Of a stretch of DNA of 32,770 bases, positions 28,478 through 32,770 are shown one piece after another. The position numbers and the translations under genes are program-made. How positions within the stretch are numbered: the stretch's first letter is position 1; the number at the start of each line of letters is the position of its first letter. The stretch lies in the sequence record SRR22947727_2870. One strand, given 5' to 3'. The notes under the pieces were generated by a model. The model was not told the origin of the DNA. It did not search any database and worked only from the letters and a program-made list of their open reading frames with translations.

Positions 28478-29809
28478 TTATGCTAAGGACAAGTCTTTAT
28501 AGCTGTTTACAGATACTTTAGCTTTTAGATCAAACAATAAATTAAACAAGCCAAAGAAGGTTCTATTTATATATAAAAAATGTTTAGACCCCCTGTTTCC
28601 ATTCATTTTACGAATGGTTGGATCGTTTGCGTAACGTTCACTCAATGAGGCAATATTACCCCAAAAAACAGGGTCTCCAAAATCAAATACCTCCTTGTGA
28701 AAGGGTGCTGTAAACAAACTGAGCATTTCATGGAAAAGTACTTTAAAGTATGCCACTTCCTCCTTTGAGTCAGATGGCGTAATAATTTCCAAAGCTTTGA
28801 GTTTTTCCATAAAGAAAATAGGGTCTTTCAAACTTTTTTCATTGGCCAACTCAAAATAGGGCACATAAAAATTTAAGGGAATGGATTTAATACAACCAAA
28901 ATCAATGGCAACTAATTCTGGATTCCCCAATTGAGTTTCAGAGGGCCTAATGAGAAAATTTCCTGGGTGAGGGTCCGCGTGAACCTTTCTAAGCATGTGA
29001 ATCTGATACATATAAAAGTCCCACAAAGCCTGTCCAAGTAAATTTCCATGGACCTCAGAAAAGGGTTTGGCCACATATTCGCTCAAGTGTTCTCCTTGAA
29101 TCCAATCCATAGTAATAATCCTGCTGTTGGACATAGAAGGATAGTATTCCGGAAAATTAATATTTGCAATAGTGCTACAAGCCTTGGAAATTTCTTGACT
29201 TTGCGTTACCTCTAATACATAGTCGGTTTCTTCGATAAGTTTGTCTTCTACCTCTTTAAAATATTTGTCGGTATCTTGACCTTTTAAATTGAACATTCTC
29301 AAAGCCACTGGCCTAACAAGTGCCAAATCAGATGTCACACTCTCTGCAACACCAGGATATTGAATCTTCACCGCGAGTATTTTACCATCTTTTGTCGCTT
29401 TGTGTACTTGACCTATACTCGCTGCATTAATAGAATCTTTGGAAAAAGTATCGTATACCTCTTCTGGATAAGCGCCTTGGTACCTCTTAAATACTTTCCT
29501 CACTAGGGGAGCTGAAAGCGGTGGCACAGAAAACTGCGCCAAAGAAAATTGTTCTACAAATGCCCTAGGAAGTAGATTTTTTTCCATACTTAGCATTTGA
29601 GCTACCTTAAGCGCGCTCCCTTTAAGGTCTTTTAATCCATCATAAATATCTTCTGCGTTATCTTGGTTTAGCTGCTCCTTGTCTAAACTAGGTGAAACCA
29701 TTTTCTTGGTGTAGTACTTAGCGTAATTACCGCCAATCTTAATGCCCGTTTTAACTAAAGTAGCGGCTCTTTCAATCTTGCCCGTAGGAATATGGTCTAA
29801 TGTTTTCAT
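28478..29809 (-). CDS. ABC1/UbiB/AarF atypical kinase, COQ8-like
   Basis: KxGQ-like LKGSALKVAQMLS, A-rich loop AASIGQVH, VKIQYPGV, HADPHPGNF, IDFG. Confidence 0.9.
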   Translation of the reverse strand: MKTLDHIPTGKIERAATLVKTGIKIGGNYAKYYTKKMVSPSLDKEQLNQDNAEDIYDGLKDLKGSALKVAQMLSMEKNLLPRAFVEQFSLAQFSVPPLSAPLVRKVFKRYQGAYPEEVYDTFSKDSINAASIGQVHKATKDGKILAVKIQYPGVAESVTSDLALVRPVALRMFNLKGQDTDKYFKEVEDKLIEETDYVLEVTQSQEISKACSTIANINFPEYYPSMSNSRIITMDWIQGEHLSEYVAKPFSEVHGNLLGQALWDFYMYQIHMLRKVHADPHPGNFLIRPSETQLGNPELVAIDFGCIKSIPLNFYVPYFELANEKSLKDPIFFMEKLKALEIITPSDSKEEVAYFKVLFHEMLSLFTAPFHKEVFDFGDPVFWGNIASLSERYANDPTIRKMNGNRGSKHFLYINRTFFGLFNLLFDLKAKVSVNSYKDLSLA

Positions 29810-29817
29810 TTATTGGG

Positions 29818-30489
29818 CTAAGCCATGCGTTCTTTAAATAAAAATTTACCTAAGTCAAATACCTGTTCAAGAGGCGTATTATTAAAAACTTCGAAAACAG
29901 TATTGATAGACTTTTCTATCAGAATATCTGTCTTTTCAAAACCTGGAGAACTGTCCTCCATCCAAAATTTAATAGTAAATAGAAGTTGTACCCAGGCAGC
30001 CTCAGAAAAAATGGCTGGTTGGAATTGTGTTAATTTTGATTGCGCACTTGAATTATCAAGATCTATAAGGTCTTTAGTAAAGGATTTAAAATGATTTCGC
30101 AAGCCCTTTAAAGCCATTAAACCATGAAGCATGTTTTTGTCTGACTTAAGCGTAAACAACACATAAGATCTGTTTAAAGTAAGTAATTCAAAAAAACTGA
30201 AGAAGAATCCTAGCATTTTCTCTCTGCTAGAAGAATTGGTAAAATCTTCGTTCTTTTGAAGTAGGCGCATGGTTTGAGAGAAAAAAGCTTCCCACACCCC
30301 TTTTTCTAGTGCTTCAATATTTCCAAAAAATTGATAAAAAGAGGTTTCTTCAAAACCATGGGCCTTACAAAAACCGTAAACAGTTGCTGGTTTTTTTTCG
30401 TGATTTAACACATCTTCCATATAGGCAGAAATAATCTGATCTGCGTCTAAAACACTTACTTTTTTAGGGGATACTTTTTTCGTGGCCAT
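29818..30489 (-). CDS. TetR-fold protein with degenerate HTH and COQ9-like C-terminal signature
   Basis: TVYGFCKAHGFEETSFYQFF HTH-like segment; FWMEDSSPGFEKTDILIEKSIN; 8 nt upstream of the ABC1 gene. Confidence 0.75.
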   Translation of the reverse strand: MATKKVSPKKVSVLDADQIISAYMEDVLNHEKKPATVYGFCKAHGFEETSFYQFFGNIEALEKGVWEAFFSQTMRLLQKNEDFTNSSSREKMLGFFFSFFELLTLNRSYVLFTLKSDKNMLHGLMALKGLRNHFKSFTKDLIDLDNSSAQSKLTQFQPAIFSEAAWVQLLFTIKFWMEDSSPGFEKTDILIEKSINTVFEVFNNTPLEQVFDLGKFLFKERMA

Positions 30490-30548
30490 TGATAATTTTT
30501 TGTTTAAGTGAAATTACAAAAAAATGAAACTAAATATAAAACGATTTT

Positions 30549-30582
30549 AAATAAGAAACGCACTTTTAATAAAGTGCGTTTC
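30549..30582 (-). terminator. Intrinsic terminator lying upstream of the TetR/COQ9-like gene
   Basis: Perfect 12-bp stem GAAACGCACTTT-atta-AAAGTGCGTTTC followed by TTATTT on the minus strand. Confidence 0.75.
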
Positions 30583-30660
30583 AAACCTAACCAATAAATT
30601 AACATAAGGAGTTGCGAATATTGATCTTTTCTTTTTCATAGCAAAGTATTCCCCATCTCC
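30549..30660 (-). ncRNA. Putative ~110-nt small RNA or attenuated 5' leader
   Basis: Consensus promoter upstream, imperfect 5' hairpin (GGAGAUG..GAAUA / UAUUC.CAACUCC), U-rich linker, strong terminator. Confidence 0.5.
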
Positions 30661-30664
30661 GATA

Positions 30665-30697
30665 CAAATATACTAATTGTTTAATGATTAATGCAAA
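30665..30697 (-). promoter_or_regulatory. Consensus Bacteroidota promoter for the putative sRNA/leader
   Basis: Minus strand TTTG (30697-30694)-N21-TATATTTG (30672-30665). Confidence 0.7.
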
Positions 30698-30727
30698 TGA
30701 ATAAACAAAATTAACAAAGTCATAACA
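30678..30727. promoter_or_regulatory. Candidate operator site 3 (TGTTTA-N18-TAAACA-N3-TTAACA-N5-ATAACA)
   Basis: TGTTTA 30678-30683, TAAACA 30702-30707, TTAACA 30711-30716, ATAACA 30722-30727; straddles the -33 box of the minus-strand promoter. Confidence 0.55.
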
Positions 30728-30783
30728 TTTAAGGGGCTGTAATTGTGTCGGTGGCTGTGTCAGTTTGTCATATAACAAAGGCT

Positions 30784-30799
30784 TGGTATTTTAATTGCT
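30784..30799 (+). promoter_or_regulatory. Sigma54-like (-24/-12) promoter upstream of htpG
   Basis: TGGTAT-TTTAA-TTGCT with exact GG-N10-GC spacing, 34 nt before the ATG. Confidence 0.55.
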
Positions 30800-30833
30800 T
30801 AGTTATTTATATAATTTTAAAAAAATATAAGTT

Positions 30834-32723
30834 ATGGCCCAAGGCAAGATTAATGTATCAGTGGAAAATATTTTCCCTCTGATTAAAAAGTTTTTATACA
30901 GTGATCACGAAATCTTTCTAAGAGAATTAATTTCTAATTCTACAGACGCTACACTTAAATTAAAACACCTTACCGCTATAGGTGAAGCTAAAGTAGACTA
31001 CGGAAATCCTCAGATTGAAATTAAAATTGATAAAGAAGGAAAAAAAATTCACATTACAGACCAAGGTCTTGGAATGACTTCTGAAGAGGTAGAAAAATAC
31101 ATAAATCAAGTAGCCTTTTCAGGAGCAGAGGAATTTCTGGATAAATATAAAGAGGCTGGAAAAGACGCTGGAATTATAGGTCATTTTGGTTTAGGATTTT
31201 ATTCCGCCTTCATGGTCGCTCATACTGTGGAAATAATCACCAAAAGTTTTAAAGATGAACCTGCAGCGCATTGGACCTGTGATGGGTCTCCAAATTTCAC
31301 TTTGGAAGCTGCAGACAAAAAAGATAGGGGAACAGAAATTATCCTTCATATAGCGGAAGATTCATTGGAATTCTTAGAAGATAGTAAAATCAGTGGATTA
31401 TTAAACAAGTACAATAAATTCATGCCTGTTCCTATAGTTTTTGGAACTAAAACGGAAACCCTTCCCAAACCAGAAGGCGCTAAGGAAGAAGATCCAGCAC
31501 CTACTCAAGAAGTGCAAAATATTATTAATAATCCTAATCCAGCATGGACCAAAGCACCTGCAGATTTAAATGATAAAGACTACAAAGGCTTCTACAGAGA
31601 ATTGTATCCCATGCAGTTCGAAGAACCTCTGTTTCACATTCACTTAAACGTAGACTATCCATTTAACCTCACAGGAATTTTATATTTCCCAAAACTAACC
31701 AACGATTTAAATGTTCAAAAGGACAAAATTCAACTGTATCAAAACCAAGTATTTGTCACAGATAATGTAGAAGGTATTGTACCTGAATTCCTAACCATGC
31801 TCAGGGGGGTTATTGACTCACCAGATATTCCATTAAATGTGTCTAGGTCTTATCTTCAAGCAGACGGAGCAGTTAAAAAAATTGCCACCTACATCACCAA
31901 AAAAGTAGGAGACAAACTGAGTAGTTTGTTTAAAAACGACAGGGCAGCTTTTGAAGAAAAGTGGAATGATATTAAAATTGTTATAGAATACGGAATGCTT
32001 TCTGAAGATAAGTTCTTTGACAAAGCAGACAAATTTGCGCTTTATCCAACGGTAGACGGTAAGTATTTTACCTTTGAAGAATTACAAGAGACTTTAAAAG
32101 ACCTTCAAACAGATAAGGATGGTAAATTAATTCTTTTGTACGCATCTGATAAAGAAGCCCAGCACGCATATATTGCAGCGGCAAAAACAAAAGGATATGA
32201 AGTCTTACTATTAGACTCTCCTATTGTCTCTCACCTGATGCAAAAATTAGAAACTTCTAAAGAGAATATTTCCTTTGCAAGGGTAGACGCAGACCCAATA
32301 GATAAACTCATTCAGAAAGAAGAAACCACCATTTCTAAACTTTCAGATGAGGAAAAAGAAACCCTTAAAGAAAAAATTGAAAAAGTTACGGGAGAGGGAG
32401 GCTTAACCGTTCAATTAGAGGCTATGGACAGTGATAGCGCGCCATTTGTCATTACAGAGCCAGAATTCATGAGAAGAATGAAGGAAATGCAACAAACCGG
32501 CGGTGGCGGTAGAATGTTTGGCATGGGCAATATGCCAGACATGCACAATTTAATTGTAAACATTAACCACCCATTGGTTACTGAAATTCTTCAAACAAAA
32601 ACACAGAAAAAACAAGAGCGACTCATAAGCCAATCAATAGATTTAGCCAAACTCTCTAAGGGCCTACTTAAAGGAGCTGCCCTAAGTGATTTTATCTCCA
32701 GAAGTTATGAGATGATCAAATAA
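30834..32723 (+). CDS. htpG: Molecular chaperone HtpG (Hsp90)
   Basis: LYSDHEIFLRELISN, DQGLGM, IGHFGLGFYSAFMVA, RGTEIILH, DSPDIPLNVSRSYLQ. Confidence 0.97.
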   Translation: MAQGKINVSVENIFPLIKKFLYSDHEIFLRELISNSTDATLKLKHLTAIGEAKVDYGNPQIEIKIDKEGKKIHITDQGLGMTSEEVEKYINQVAFSGAEEFLDKYKEAGKDAGIIGHFGLGFYSAFMVAHTVEIITKSFKDEPAAHWTCDGSPNFTLEAADKKDRGTEIILHIAEDSLEFLEDSKISGLLNKYNKFMPVPIVFGTKTETLPKPEGAKEEDPAPTQEVQNIINNPNPAWTKAPADLNDKDYKGFYRELYPMQFEEPLFHIHLNVDYPFNLTGILYFPKLTNDLNVQKDKIQLYQNQVFVTDNVEGIVPEFLTMLRGVIDSPDIPLNVSRSYLQADGAVKKIATYITKKVGDKLSSLFKNDRAAFEEKWNDIKIVIEYGMLSEDKFFDKADKFALYPTVDGKYFTFEELQETLKDLQTDKDGKLILLYASDKEAQHAYIAAAKTKGYEVLLLDSPIVSHLMQKLETSKENISFARVDADPIDKLIQKEETTISKLSDEEKETLKEKIEKVTGEGGLTVQLEAMDSDSAPFVITEPEFMRRMKEMQQTGGGGRMFGMGNMPDMHNLIVNINHPLVTEILQTKTQKKQERLISQSIDLAKLSKGLLKGAALSDFISRSYEMIK

Positions 32724-32742
32724 TAAATTCATTAAAAGCAAT

Positions 32743-32770
32743 AAAAAAAAGCCACCCAATTGGGTGGCTT
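32743..32770 (+). terminator. Intrinsic (possibly bidirectional) terminator after htpG, tail cut by the window end
   Basis: A run followed by the perfect palindrome AAGCCACCCAATTGGGTGGCTT. Confidence 0.8.

Noticed and set aside
1066-30094. Numerous 60-153 aa ORFs antisense to or nested in known genes (e.g. 11081-11542, 11978-12319, 23997-24338)
   Set aside because: They are shadow ORFs of well-supported genes with no recognisable motifs.
30600-30660. Cobalamin riboswitch (GGGAAT near the 5' end of the putative leader)
   Set aside because: Too short, and lacks the other conserved elements of the cobalamin aptamer.
1-32770. CRISPR arrays, IS elements, prophage or defence genes, frameshifted pseudogenes
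   Set aside because: None seen; almost all sequence is accounted for by intact genes and short spacers.

Overview
AT-rich, tightly packed chromosomal window from a Flavobacteriaceae-like bacterium (Bacteroidota). This assignment is inferred from the TAnnTTTG promoters, the rpmB-rpmG-DUF4295-ftsY-rimO gene order and the mitochondrial-type aconitase. It contains two tRNAs, a D-amino-acid dehydrogenase and a Gfo/Idh/MocA + DUF1080 pair. A carotenoid cluster (crtI-crtB-crtZ-crtD, cruF) is headed by a CarH/LitR-type B12-binding MerR regulator. The rest is a cysteine-less TlpA-fold protein and many housekeeping genes (aconitase, PPIases, rimO, ftsY, ribosomal proteins, cinA, recR, fabH, htpG). I saw no mobile elements, CRISPR arrays or defence genes. 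The most interesting signal is a possible dispersed light/isoprenoid regulon with three parts. (i) The same TGTWTA-N18-TWAACA element, with in-phase extra half-sites, lies upstream of the carH-crt operon, upstream of cruF and in the 30.5-30.8 kb intergenic region. (ii) At the third site it overlaps a consensus promoter driving a ~110-nt structured, terminated non-coding transcript. (iii) Directly downstream is a two-gene unit whose products resemble eukaryotic COQ9 (TetR fold) and COQ8 (ABC1/UbiB kinase), in a lineage known to use menaquinone rather than ubiquinone. All family assignments come from motif recognition by eye; no database searches were run.
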